Assembly: GCA_012295275.1 (NCBI GenBank)
Contig: CM022671.1
Span: 9,796,001 to 9,860,000 of the forward strand
Length of the DNA: 64,000 nt
Source: Chrysomallon squamiferum
Lineage: Eukaryota > Animalia > Mollusca
Reading direction: 5' to 3'
Shown: one piece after another, positions 1-14,243 of the stretch
Layout: each line of letters begins with the position of its first letter
How positions within the stretch are numbered: the stretch's first letter is position 1
Made by a program: the position numbers and the translations under genes
The notes under the pieces: model-generated
Told to the model about the DNA's origin: nothing
The model's database searches: none
Seen by the model: only the letters and a program-made list of their open reading frames with translations

Positions 1-671
1 ATGAATGTATAAGGTCTTTATTATTATTATTCATTTGCTTTTTCATATCATTACTAATATTTATTTATTTTTGATGTTTTCCAGGACAAATTAGTTTCAT
101 CATTGGCATGGATATTGCAGAAAGTGTAAGGAGAAAATATTCCAAATGAATTTAAAGAATGTTTCTATGAAAAATCAGATGTGAGTGAAATATTTTATAA
201 ATTTCTCATCCAGCTACACAATCACTGACCAGTATCACACTGTAGAGTGCAAGTGCTGCTGGAATACTATAATATGATATATCGATGGTTTACATTCAGC
301 ATGGACAGGAACAAGAAGAAAAGGGCAGAGCACCACTGAAGTCTGCTTTTTTGTGAAAACAAGCTGATGCTGGTAAAAAGACTTCATCTGGCAGATGACT
401 GCGATGGCTGTGTTTGACGGTGGGAGGGAAAACAGCCAGGAAGTTGAGCAGCAGGTGATGTCCTGCCACATTCGAAGGACCAGGCTAGTCCTGTACCTGA
501 TTCAGAGTGGGACCAATGCACCCATGTCCCTGACCCCTACTTCATCATCACAAAAATCCAGGCCATTTTTCAAAGAATGTATACAAGAGACTATTGATAA
601 TGAGAACCAACAGTCTTGTGTCAAGTAATGTTTTCAGAAACCTCTCAACAGTGGCATGGTATGTTCTTTTA

Positions 672-674
<3 letters not shown>

Positions 675-724
<50 letters not shown>
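675..724. repeat. (GT)n microsatellite, representative of dozens of (GT)n, (CT)n, (TA)n, (AAT)n and (GATA)n tracts in the window
   Basis: Direct reading; other examples at 4490-4553, 5844-5930, 9338-9402, 11657-11695, 37900-37975, 58655-58700. Confidence 0.95.
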
Positions 725-725
<1 letters not shown>

Positions 726-1850
726 AGATCATGCATTTGTATGTGTGTGTTTGTGTGTGAGAGAGACATTGCATCATGAATGATAATAAACAAACAAAAA
801 TGCATTTGTCAGACAAATGTAGATTGATTAAAAAAAAGAAGAAAAAAGTGTCATGTTCATGTTGGAATTGCTAAAATCTTTGTTTACCAATTAATGATAA
901 ATCTTTTATACAGGTAACTGCTGTATTGTTCAGTTGCTGTCTAGAAAGGGATTTATGTTATGGAGAAGGATGAATCAGCTGTACAGAAACTGCAGACTGC
1001 ACAATTCCAAGTTGTAAGTTTTTTATCTTATATTTAATTCTTAGAGAAAGTGAAATAAATTTTACAGTAACAACTCTTTACTGATTGTAAAATAGCATAG
1101 TAATAATCATTTATTTGCTATTGTTTTGTTAATTAATTAAATTAATACCATTATCATCATTATCATTATAATGGATATACAAAGTATATAAAAAATATCA
1201 CGCACCCCTTTGTGTCTGAATAACCTAGTAACTGATAACAGTAAAATTTTAATTTTAATAATAACAGAAATATTAGTTATTTATTTATAACAGTTTGTTA
1301 TTTTTATTATATTATTATTATTATTTTTTTTTTTAGAATGCACATAATTGATGCACTGATGTTGGCTAGTGAAGCTGTTTCAGTAGAAGGTGCTGTCCAA
1401 CACTGAGGATAAAGTTTGTACTGCTTCCACTGGAAAAAAGAAAAAAACTGAACAGGTGAATTTGAGTTTGTTTTCTTATTATTCTAAACCTAATGAAGTT
1501 TAATTTATTTAATGTAGGAAGTTGCATTGTGTAACAAACATTAGAATTCTGTGTCATACACTGCATTTTATATCATGCTCTTTCTCTCTCTCTCTCTCAC
1601 ACAACACCCACACACACACACTTACTTTTATACAAACCTGATTATTTTGTTGTAAATTTCTATATTTTAAAATAAAAGAAGAAGTGTCATATTTTCTAAA
1701 ATCAGATTTGTTTCATCTGCATACTTATTTAATCTAGAATTAAGTACAGATGTAAAAAATTTACCTGAACAGCTTAATAATTAGTAGTTTCTTGTCCTTG
1801 AGAGTGTAATTCTTCTATTATGCTACATGTTTTATATATATATATACACA

Positions 1851-1896
<46 letters not shown>

Positions 1897-3399
1897 ATTT
1901 TTTTTCTTTCTATATTTTTTTTTATTTCCAGAGAACTGACATAGGTTTCACATCATTGAAAATGAAACAGCAGTTGGCACCAACAACACCAGTACCACCA
2001 TTAGACCCAAGACAAACTGACACCACCAGACCAACTGCTGAAAACTCAAACTGCTGTGCCAAGAAAGATCCAGACACACTAGAAAAGAAACCTGAAACAC
2101 CATCACCCATTGCCAGAGGTATTTTGGTAAAAAATAATGTCTAAGAAAGAAAGGGAACAGAAAATGTTTGATCATGTGATTTGACTGACTAATCTTCTTG
2201 TGAAACTGGAATTTTTGTTGAAAGCAGCCAGTCCAAGACTTAAACTGCCATAAGCTTTACCACTTAGTCAGATTTTAAAATCTTTAAAAAATATTCAGGT
2301 AAATATGTCTGTAAATATGTCTTAGTCTATCTGTTTCTCTTTCTGCCTGCCTCCCTATTTATTTATTTTATTTCTATCTCTCTCTGCTTTTGTTTGTCTG
2401 TATTTCTTTCCTTGAAAATGTTCAGATAAATATATTTGTCTTTCTTACTATGTCTCTACTTACTATATACTTATCTGCTTTTCTGTCTCTGTCTTTGTGT
2501 ATCATTTCTTATTTGTTCCTAATTATCATGTTTTTAATTTTCTTTCTTATTTTCTTCCTTTCTTTTCTTTGTTTTTTTAAAATTATTTTCAAAGTTGTAA
2601 TATTTTGAAGTATAACAAAGAAAGAAAATATTATATATTATCTTTCTGTAAGTTCTCTTTTGATAATTCTGAACATAAACATTTTTAGAGTCAGTAATTT
2701 AAATAATTTTAAATTTATTTATAGTTTTGATTTATAAATATGCTCGTAAAACAAGTTTTAGTAGACAGTTCATTATTTTTAGTTTATTTATTTTTATTTA
2801 TTTATAAATCTTTCTGCCTATCTTCTATCTATCTATTTGATGTATGCATCTATCTATCATTTATTTATTTTCTGATTATTTTTAATTTATTTAAAATATA
2901 ATCATACTGAATTACATAATATTCACGTTAATTATTATCAACCTTTTTATTATTTTATGTAACCTACTAAATAATTTAGCGTTCTGTATTTTCATTATTG
3001 TTTTGACTAGGTTTTAAATTTATCAGGAAACAGTTCTGGAACTGAGGATTTCCAAGCTGTATGTCTGGCAAGGTGTTCTAACACACCAACAAAACAGACA
3101 CTGAGAGTACTGTGAGTAATCTTAATTATAACTGTTATAAAATGTTTTATAACAAAAATTAAAATTAAAATAAAAATAAAAATAAAAATAATAATAATAA
3201 TAATAACAATAATAACAATAACAATAACAATAATGACAATAATAATAATAATAAAACCAGTTTAAAGAATTTCACATTCACTATACCTATTTTTATATTT
3301 ATATATGTATAATTGTGAAAACAAATTCTTATTTTCTCTTCTTCTTCTTCTTCTTATTATTGTCATTATTATTGTTCTTGTTATTGTTATTATTATTAT

Positions 3400-4190
3400 T
3401 AGTAGTAGTAGTAGTAATTAGTATATGTAACTGTCCAGTGTTATCAGTTAGCTACTAGTATTGCTACTTCTGATACTACCACTGTTACTACTATTATTCT
3501 ACTACTGAGAAAAATAGTGACTTTCAACACACTAAAGCTATAAACAGTAACTATATTTACCACTAAGTTTAATGCTATTATTTTTACTACTATTATTACG
3601 TTTACTACTACTACCGCTGCTGCTACTGGTACTATTACTACTATTACTACTATGGTGTCTGCAGTTATTTACTGCCTCTACGTATTTATCTACTTGTACT
3701 ATACAACCTAAGTTCTACCACAGTTATCACTATCACTGTTACTGCTGCAATTACCACTATTACTAGTACAGTTATTACTTATATTACAAACTATTACTAC
3801 TACTACTACTGCTTTACTAATACTACTACAAACTATTACCACTGTTACTACAACTAGTACCTGTTACTACTAAAACTACAGTTATTACCACTATTACTGC
3901 TACTAGTACGATTACCATTATTACTACTCTTATTATTAATACTACAGCTATTACTACTCCTGGTACTATTAGCACTAATACTACAACTACAAATTCTGCT
4001 GCTGCTGTTACTACTACAACTACTACTATACTACAACTGCTTCTGCTGCTACTGCTGCAACTGCTACTGTTACTAATAATAAAACTACTACAACTGATGT
4101 TACCACTGTTACCACTAATTCTACTACTGGTATTACTACAACTACTACAACTGCTTTTGATTCTGTTACTACTGTTAAAACATTATGATG
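3400..4190. repeat. Degenerate ACT/ATT triplet low-complexity intron tract
   Basis: Runs of tactac/actgtt; inverted counterpart at ~45550-46250. Confidence 0.85.
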
Positions 4191-4486
4191 TCTTCTATTA
4201 ACTAAATTTTAATAATAACAAATAAATAAGTGTTAACAATTTGTGTTAATATTTTTTGCTACTAATACACACAACTTGAGTGTTTTGTTTCTGGCACTGT
4301 AGTCAAAATGTTGTTGGTAAACAGGAATATTTGGATGTGTCGAGTAATTCTCTAGGAAATGATTATTTCTCTCACTGTGTCAGTCCAGCTCTTAAAGAAA
4401 ACACAACACTGAAAACTCTCAATTTTCTTCTTATTCTTCTTTTTTTTAATTATGTCATTTTATTAACTTTTATCTGCCACTATTTC

Positions 4487-4557
<71 letters not shown>

Positions 4558-5623
4558 CTGATACTCTTTCTCTTTATTGCTCTCTCTCTCTTACTGTCTT
4601 TCACTTTCTCTTTCTCCTCTATGAAACATTAGCACATACTCAAGATTCTCACTTTTTCTTTATATATTTTTTAAATATATAAACTTTCTTATTTATTTAT
4701 TTATTTATTTATATTGGTTTTATTAATATAAATGTGTATTTCTCTATAATTTCAGAGCTACTGATATCTACTGTGATATTACATTTATTTATCTATTTAT
4801 TTATTTATTTATTTATTTTCAGAGCTGTGTGTAGGCTCCACTGATATGAAACTTATATCACCGACTCTAGTGGAAAACACTGGACTCACAGAACTAGATC
4901 TGTCTAGTAATAGATTATCTGATCAAACTGCTCTCACTAAAGGACTGGCTGCTGCTTTAAAGGTGAGAGGAAGTTTCACAACATAAACAATTTACTGTTC
5001 ACATGAAACATGCAATAGTAAATATTGGTGAAATGTGGTTGTAGTACTTGATGATAAACAATTACATTAGTTCTAATAACAACAACATAAACAGCATTTG
5101 TATTAACAGAATACATCTATCTCTGTGTGTGTGTGTGAGTTAATGAAAATGTGAAATTGTGTGTGTGCGGATGTGTGTGTCCTTACATGTGTATATGCCT
5201 GTATAGTTGGTCAGCATCTATCTTTTTCTATGTATGTATAATATTAGATTAATTTCATTATTTATTCTTACTGACAGAAGCCAGGGTGTGTGTTATTGTC
5301 AGTATGTGTCAGTCAGTGTAATATGAGTGATGTTGGTCTAAAGATTTGTGTACTGCAGTCACAGAAAATTCTTTTCTCACTGAACTCAATATCAGCAGCA
5401 ATGAGGTGGGTGTGTCAGTAACTAGTCAATTAGAATTCAGCCTGATTAACCAATCAGACTACAGATAGAGATTAACCAATGAAACCACAGAATCATTAAC
5501 CAACCAATCTTCAGAGAGAGATCAGCCAATCAGAATTAATTAGCTCATTTTTGTACACCCTATGCTTATTTTAATCACTGACATTAAATTAGTTTCTGCT
5601 AATGTAGATTCTACACATTGTGA

Positions 5624-5668
<45 letters not shown>

Positions 5669-5840
5669 TGTTTTTATTTTCAGCTGGGATCACTTAATCT
5701 TGTAGCTCAGTTTTTGTCTGCTGTTTTCAGTCATCGAAAGATGACAGCTTTTCATCTGAATGATGCAAAAGTTAACAACCAAACACTTACTGTTGATGGT
5801 TAATTTAGATTTGTAAAATATATATATTATAATATCTCAT

Positions 5841-5932
<92 letters not shown>

Positions 5933-6649
5933 TACACACACGTATTATATGTTATATACACAAATTTGTGTATTTCATTATGTAACTATCTAGATTAGAC
6001 AAATTTCAGATTATTATATTTTTTCTATTTCTGTTTTCTTTTTCTCCTGATAGTTAAAATACAGTGGCAAAGTTTCTTAATAGTTGTTTTTCATTTATTT
6101 CAGATATTTGAGATCCATAATCAGTCACAAGTCTGAATTCCAGTTGTTTAACCAACCAGATGTTTGAGTTTCTGGTAGAATGTTTCCATGGAAAACTCCT
6201 TTCTTTGAAAGATGTGGACATTGTAAATTCTCCTGATCTTTCTGTATCTGTCATTGACGATTTAGTTAAACTTACTTCAGGTAATTGTTTTTTAAATTTT
6301 ATAAATTTTTGTAATATTTGAATCATTATTCTATATATAATCCTTATCTTTCTGTATCTGACATAGACAGTTTAGTTAAACCATATGCTAAGAATATTAA
6401 AGTAAACTTTATATAATGAAATAATTTTATGTAGATGTTTTTAATGCATATAAATATTTTTGGGGGTTAGATATTGTATTAATTATTATGTATTTGTTAT
6501 TAAGTATTTAAATATATATAAACTGCTTGTGTCATTTTTTGTTTTTTTTTCCTCATATTCTCATGTTCTCTGTCTCTGAGTCTCTTTCAGACTTTTATAA
6601 TTAATTTTGTAATTTTAGCCTTACACATATTTATATTCCTGAGAGTGAG

Positions 6650-8420
6650 TGAGTGTGTGTGCATCAGCAATAGTGATAATTGCTCTGATAATAGTCTCTG
6701 TGTTTGTGTGTGTGTGTTTATGTGTATGTGTGAGAGTGTATCAGGAATAGAGATAATTGCAATGACTCAGATAATAATGTGTGTTTGTATGTGTATGTTT
6801 GTGATTATGTATGAGTGTGTAAGCAATAAAGATAATTGCTATTACTCTGATAATAGTGTGTGTGTGTGTGTTGTATTAGCAATAGTGATAATTGCTACTA
6901 CTCTGATAATAGTGTGTGTGTGTGTGTGTGTGTGTGAGTTAGTTGTATCAGCAATAGTGATAATTGCTACTACTCCGATAATAGTGTGTGTGTGTGTATC
7001 AGCAACAGAGATTATTGCTACTGCTCAGATAATAGTGTGTTTGTGTGTGAGTTTGAGTGTATCAGCAACAGTGATAATTGCTAGTACCAAGATAATAGCG
7101 TGTGTGTGTGTGTGTGTGTGTATGTGTGACTATCAGCAATAGAGACAATTGCTACTAATAACATGATAGTGTGTGTGTGTGTGTATCAGCAACAGTCCTA
7201 GTTGCTACTTCTCAGATCATAGTGTGTGTGTGTTTGAGTGTGTGAGTTTAACAGCAACAGTGATACTTGCTACTCAGATAATAGTTTGTGTGTGTGTGTA
7301 TGTATCACTAACAGATAATTGCTACTTCTCAGATAATAATATGTGTGTTCGTGCATGTGAGTGTTTCCACAATAAAGATAATTTCTACTACTCTGATAAT
7401 AGTGTGTGTTTATCAGCAACAGTGATAATTCCTACTACTGAGATAATAGTGGGTGTGTTTGTGTGTGTGAATGTATGAGCAATAATAATAGTGTGTATTT
7501 GAGTGTATCAGCAATAGTGATAATTGCTATAGCTGAGATAATAGTGTGTGTGTACATGTATCATATAATAGTGTGTGTGTATCAGCAACAGAGATAATTG
7601 CTACTACTCAGATAATAGTGTGTGTATATGAGTGTATCAGCAATATTGATAATTACTATAACTCAGATAATAGTGTGTGTGTGAGTGTATCAGCAACAGT
7701 GATAATTCCTACTACTCGGATAATAGTGTTTGTGTGTGTGTTGATTGTATCGGCAGAAGTTATAATTGCTACTACTCAGATAATAATATGTGTGTGAGTG
7801 TGTGTGAGAGTTTCAGGAATATAGATTATTTCTAATTGCTAATACTGAGATAACAGTGTGTGTGTGTTTGTGTGTGTGTTTAACAGCAACATTGATAATT
7901 GCTACTCAGATAAGACTGAATGTGTGTGTATTAGTAACAGTGATAATTGCTACTACTCAGATAATTGTGTGTGTGTGTGTGTGTGTGTGTTGAATGTATT
8001 GACAGAAGTGATAATTGCTAGTACTCAGATAATAGGGTGTATGTGTGTGTGTATGAGTTTAACTGCAACAGTGATAATTGCTACTACTCAGATAATAGTG
8101 TGTATCAGCAACAGTAATAATTGCTATAGCTGAGATAATAGTGTGTTTGTATGAGTGTATCAGCAATATTGATAATTGCTATAACTCAGATAATAGTGTG
8201 TGTGTGTGTGTGTGTATCAGCAATAGTGATAATTGATATAACTCAGATAATAGTGTGTGTGTGTGTTTGTATCAGCAATAGTGATAATTGATATAACTCA
8301 GATAATGTGTGTGTGAGTGTATCGGCAACAGTGATAATTCCTACTACTCAAATAATAGTGTTTGTAACAGCAATTTTGGTACTCAGAAAATAGTGTGTGT
8401 GTGTATATATGTATCAGTAA
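6650..8420. repeat. Compound minisatellite, roughly 30-35 units of ~40-bp core (ATCAGCAACAGTGATAATTGCTACTACTCAGATAATAGT) plus variable (GT)n
   Basis: Core repeated head-to-tail throughout; it accounts for ORFs 6645..8503. Confidence 0.92.
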
Positions 8421-8651
8421 CGATAATATTAATATTTTTTTCCTATCTGGGAAGGAGGGTCTGTTGTCACTGTTATCAGATGTTGGAAAGTCATCACCTT
8501 TGACAACATTGTATCTTAACAACCTGAAGAAAAACTTAAAATAAAATGAAATGGATGAACTTTTCACAAAGTTGGCTGCTGCTATTGATAATAAATAAAT
8601 TCATTTTAAAACAAAGAACAATAAAAGTAATACATAAATAAATAAACAGGC

Positions 8652-8723
8652 TAAACCTAACCCTTACCCTTGTCCTAACCTAACACTAGACCTAACCCTA
8701 ATCCTAATCCTAACTCTAACCTA
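8652..8723. repeat. Degenerate (CCCTAA)n telomere-like tract
   Basis: cctaacccttacccttgtcctaacctaacactagacctaaccctaatcctaatcctaactctaacc; shorter inverted counterpart at ~41930-41975. Confidence 0.6.
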
Positions 8724-9333
8724 AGTTAATCCAGTGGTAAAAATAAGAAAACAGAATAGTAAATAAAAGGGTGTATTATTGTTAATGCTGTTGTTAAGTT
8801 GTTTCTTTTTAAATGATTTATATAAATTTAATTAATTTTAAGGTCTCACTGTCTAGAAGTCAGGGGAGAAAACTGAATTATCTTTTAGTTGCCTCCCTTC
8901 AGTTGCAGACAGCTTCCTGATTAAGCTGACAGAACTATGAGAACATCCTGGTAAACAGTTATAGTTATTTTTTATTTTTAAGATTTATATGATTCACATT
9001 TATTAAAATTTGTCATATCATTTATTTATTTGTTTTTCTTCCTCTAGGAATGCTGGGTAATATGATGCATTGTCCAGCAATTCTCACAGATAAAGGAAAC
9101 GGTCAACTTCTGACACTGTCACTAGGTGATGTCCTTGACATTGCAGCCATGTTGAAAGGTCATGGTGAGTGATTATATAGTATGTAGTAGTGTAGTGATA
9201 ACAGTTCACAGCTATCTATCCACCTTTCTATATATCTATCTATAATAATAAACATCACATTCTGCTTATTTATGAATATTTATATCTGGTTGTCTCTCTC
9301 ACTTGAAGTTTTTCTGTCTTTCTCTCTCTGTCT

Positions 9334-9406
<73 letters not shown>

Positions 9407-11655
9407 ATAATAATATAGAAGAGAACAGAACGTGATGAAAGTATATAAAATTTTGACTCTAAGGAGTTATTCTGTCTGTATATATCAACTTTTACATCCA
9501 GTTTTAATTTGAACTTTTACATTGATTTCTAAAACTTTCCTTTCTTTTTTAATGTAAAGAACAATATATTTCTTTCTCACATGTAAACAGTTGTTAAAAT
9601 CACACTTTCACCCCAGCTAGCTGATCATCGTGCAAGGGCTGTGTATGCATTCAACCTGTCTGGCAATGCAAGTATTCAGAAACTAGAATCTCTCTTTAAC
9701 ATGGAGGCAGACTGCACTGTAGAGGAAGTAGTTATTATGAAGGTGAAGATACTTTTCTCTATATTTTTTATTTTTTATTTTTTGGATTAAATGTCTATTA
9801 TAGTGAGAAAAATTCAGAGATAAATATTTTAATTCTATTGTTTGTTCTTGTTTTGTTTTTTTATAATTCTTGGTTGTTAATAAATTAAAGTGGCAATATT
9901 GTTGTATATTCTTTCCTTCTTCTTTTTGAATTCTGTTATTTAATTGTGAATTTTATTGTTAGTAATATTCTTATTTTGTATTATTATGATACTTGTACTT
10001 TTTTATTATTAATATAATGTAATATCTTATTATGATTATTATTATTTTATATATTGGTCTTATTACAAATATTATTAATATTACTGTTGTTTTTATTATT
10101 ATCATTATTAGTCTTATTATAATGTGTTATTGTTATTATTATTACTACTACTACAAATACTACTGTTGCTTCTGTTGCTGTTACAACTGCTGCTCCTGCC
10201 CCTCCTCTCCTGCTACTACTAAAACTACTACTACCACTGCTGTTATTTGCCAGGATCCAGTGACATGGTCAAACAGTGGAATAGCATGGATGCTGATGTC
10301 TAATTCTGTATGTGTAGACAACGCTATAGATTACTACAACAGAGGAGAGGTATTCCAGTTAAATCATCAGAGTTTGATTAATTATATATAAATGTCATTT
10401 GATTTACCTACTACTGCCAATCTGTCAGCTTCTCTTGCTCTTTTTTAATGTGTGTGTGTGTGTGCATTACATCTGCCTAGTTCTGGTAACTAAATATCTA
10501 TTTACCAGTTTATGTCTACACTAACATGTCTGTCTGTCTGATGGTCTTCATTATCAAACTACCTCTCTACCCAATGTCTACCAGTCTCTAAATAATGTTA
10601 CTAAATAAATACATCTATGTACCTCTGAATTCTTTTATTTTATATTTGTCTGTCTTTCTAACTTTCTGTCTGTCTGTAAGTCTGTGACTTTATGTAAGCT
10701 AGTCTGTTTATATATCTATGTCTATCTATATATATGCAAACATATAGTCTTTAAATATCTGTTTCAGCAAACTTTTCTGTAAATATTTCTCCCAACTGTA
10801 ACATTGTTCTTTAACACTAACCATGATTATTATGAATAATTAAACAAATGTGTTTATTGTTATCTAGGCTAAAATATTTGGCCTCTCTGATTATCTTTTT
10901 CACTTTCTTTCTTCCATTCAATGTCTTTCCCTGTTCATAAAGTGTATAAACAAAGTAGTTTGTTTTTGCCTTGATGCATATTGAAAGGCTCACATATAAC
11001 AAAAAAAAAAAAATATATATATATAATGGTAACAGATAAAAAAATATTAAAACTTAAAAAATATATTATTTCATTTGTAATTATGTGTATTGGTATCATG
11101 TGCTTATCAAATTATGTCAGTTCTTTTTGTGAAATGGACAGGGATGAAAGCTTATCTTTAAATAACTGAAATTTTTGATAACCATTGTTTTTACAAACTA
11201 TACAAATGAATGAATGAATGTCAATTCTACTTCATAGAAAATGATTTTTGAAATGCTCTGTAGAACATTTTCTGATACAAAGAATGATAATTTCAACTAT
11301 ACAGCTTAATTGATGATTGTTGCCTCTATCCAGTGTTCTGATATAGAAAATGATACTTTCTACCATCCTGTTTGTATGATTTTTTAAATACTCTATTCAA
11401 CCTTTTCTGATACACAGGATAACATGATAAAATATTCTGTTAATTCACACACACTGATACTGATAATTATGTGCTGATAAAATACACAGACCAAAGTTTA
11501 TAAAGGAAATCATATTTTATTAGATTTGTGTGATCTTTATCTTTGTTGTTTTCATTGAAGTGTTTTTGGTAATGTCAGTTATTATTTATTTAAGGCCAGG
11601 ATGTTATCTCTGAGTTAGTTTAAAGATTAACCATAAGAGCATGTGTGTAAAAAAA

Positions 11656-11696
<41 letters not shown>

Positions 11697-12088
11697 CAAT
11701 ATTTCACTGATATTTTATTTTATTTTGTTGAATGTTGTTGGGTTTTTTTTGTATGTTTTCTGTTTCACTTGTTTTTTTCTATCTTTCTCTTTGATCATCT
11801 TCCTTATTTTTCACTATGTCTCATTATATCTTTCTCACTTTGTCTCTCTTTCTCATTCTTTTAAAATACCATAAAATTCTATGACTGTTTGAGAAATTTT
11901 ACTTGGTAACTGTTTATTTTTTATTTCAGACAGTATGTGAGAGAAAAAAATAAAAAAGGAAAGTGTTATATGGTAGAGAAGTAAAAGAACAGTTGTGATA
12001 TTTTCTTATCACACAAATATGTTAACACACCACACCCTAGATCTCTACCTGCTGTCTTCTGTACAGAGAAATATTATTATTATTATTA

Positions 12089-12123
<35 letters not shown>

Positions 12124-14243
12124 GATATTGTTATTGCTTTTGTTATTGTTATTATTATTATTATTATTATTGTTAAGATAGTAGAATTGAGAGGTGAGAG
12201 GATATATTAAGACAAATAAATAAATAAATAAATTTATTAATATTAATCTCGAAGATGCTTCTGTATTTTCAGCATACATTGAACCTCTCGAAGTGAGATA
12301 AAATATCATCGCTTCTTTATTATCAATATTGTTTGCAGTGTTTATAACAAAAATTACTGAAATTATAGTTACAGTGACCCCTGTACTTATTACTACATTC
12401 TGAGAGGTAGATAGGTAGGTGGATAGATAAACAGACAGACAGATAGATAGATAGATCAATAGATAGACAGACAGACATAGATAAAAGAAAAAAAAGGACA
12501 AAAGTGAACTGAGTAATTAAAATGACCAATAAAAGAAAAGATGTGAAAAGCGAGTTTTATTTGATGATATATTAACGCATGTACAAACACTTTCTTACAA
12601 GTTCATGTAAAATGTCTGTCTATCTCTAAATCCATCCCTAGTTATCTTCAGTGTATCTATCTCTGTATTATTTAGATTCCTTTTGTACTGTCTTTGATTG
12701 ATGAAAATATCGTAACCCTATATATTATTGAATCAAAAATGTTAAAGGGGGTCATCAGTCATATTGAGTTGCTCATAAGGTTGAAAACCAGTGCTCTAAG
12801 GCAAACATGAATACCAAACTCTTTCTTTTCTAAGTGTGTGTGTGTGTGTGTGCGTATGTGTGTTTATCTATCTATCTGTTGGTAATTGTTTCTTTCTTTA
12901 TAATGGCGACAGTAATAATATCTGACATGACATTAACAAAAAAAAGAACAACAGTAATTGCAATAATACTACTTAAGATGATAAATAAAATAATAATTAA
13001 GAAAGAATACTGAAACAAGCAAAAAAGAAAAATTAAGAAAGGAAATAAAATGATTATTTCACACACATATTTATTATAAAAAAAAAACCCATTTACATTA
13101 AATAGAAATAAAAAATAATATATAGATTTAAATAAAATCACTTTAGTGAATTTAGTAAATTCAGTGAATGATCCATATTCAGGAGACTTAAGATATTACA
13201 AGTAATCTTTCATCTCTTCTTAGTCTTTCTCATTTATTGAAACAAAACAACAACAAAAAAAATGTTTCTGCGTGGTTTCGTTTTTCTTTTTTTTTTTTTT
13301 TTTCTTTTTTTTTTACTTTTTTTTAAATTTTACTCAATACTGAGTCTTTTTGGCATATTTACCTACATGTTAAATGAACTTCTGAAATAGATTACTCCTC
13401 GCATATGCGAGATGACGGTAAATTAGATTTGGTGCTTTTAGATGAAAAAAACTAATTTTGTATAATGTTTTTAGCAGACAGAACCAGCTTATTAGCAATA
13501 CCTGCGTTATCTTTGACTTTTAAATAACCAGTTTCCTTTATTTTTGGTTTATTTTGATGTGTTAATATTATTTATTGAATTATTTTAAATTACCTATTTC
13601 ATTTAATGTTTTTCATTAATTTTATTTATTTATTTTAGTTGAAAAAGTAATTAGGAAAGGCACAGGAGATCACGGTTTCATAATATGAACAACCACCCTT
13701 ATCAGGGAAAATCATAAAAAGTTCAGCTCTGAGTACATAGTTAAAAAAAACAATAGTTGAAACCATTATAATTTTTCATTTTAATATTTATTTCCATTTT
13801 CAATACATGAGGTGGTATTTACATATAAAAAGCAAATTGATCACGTGTTATTTGAATGATTGCCTTGACACATTCATTGCTTGATATCAGTTTTACAAAA
13901 AAAAAAAAAAAATTAAATTTAAATGTTCCTCAATGCATTCTTCTTGTTTAGTATTAGAAAATCCATCATAAAGAAATATTTTCACTTATTTTGATGAATT
14001 TAGATATAAAAGACAATTTTCTTTTTTAAGTTGACCAGAATGTAAGATTTACAATTTGTAGTGATACTTTTTTTATAGATCTATATTTTGTTTAAATTTT
14101 GTTATTTATTATTTAAACCTGTTACAATAAGAGACAGATAATTTTATTTATAATAATTTCTTTCTAACATTATAGACAATTAAACACAATGGAAAAATAC
14201 TTCTAAATAATTATTCTATCAAATCTTATTATTGTATCTACAG

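Larger units (their letters stand above)
85..10880 (+). pseudogene. Multi-exon pseudogene: RI-like leucine-rich repeats plus putative C-terminal RRM (copy A)
   Basis: AG/GT-bounded exon remnants translate to RI-type LRRs: 3011-3112 VLNLSGNSSG, ~4310-4420 EYLDVSSNSLGNDYFSHCVSPALKENTTLKTL, 4823-4962 ENTGLTELDLSSNRLSDQTALTKGLAAALK, 5278-5406 KPGCVLLSVCVSQCNMSDVGLK/LCTAVTENSFLTELNISSNE, 5683-5798, 6103-6280. RRM-like exons follow at ~9621-9742 and 10254-10349. Many stops and frameshifts. The upstream exon remnants (85-650, 914-1013, 1337-1455, 1932-2298) are not certainly from the same gene. Confidence 0.8.

Noticed and set aside
5445-5535. Cluster of attaaccaatcaga (CCAAT-like) motifs
   Set aside because: Short intronic degenerate tandem repeat with no other promoter evidence.
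2180-6280. Naming the LRR gene TONSL, LRRC41 or NLRC3
   Set aside because: Similarity is only generic RI-like LRR; no ankyrin, NACHT or other diagnostic motif was recognised.
6650-8420. Repeat-spacer pattern resembling a CRISPR array
   Set aside because: Spacers are only (GT)n, repeats are degenerate, there are no cas genes, and it lies in a eukaryotic intron.
8652-8723. True telomere or chromosome fusion site
   Set aside because: Short, degenerate, intronic and present in both paralogs.
10254-10349. TPR-like reading of DPVTWSNSGIAW...AIDYYNR
   Set aside because: With its in-phase flanking exons the peptide fits an RRM better.
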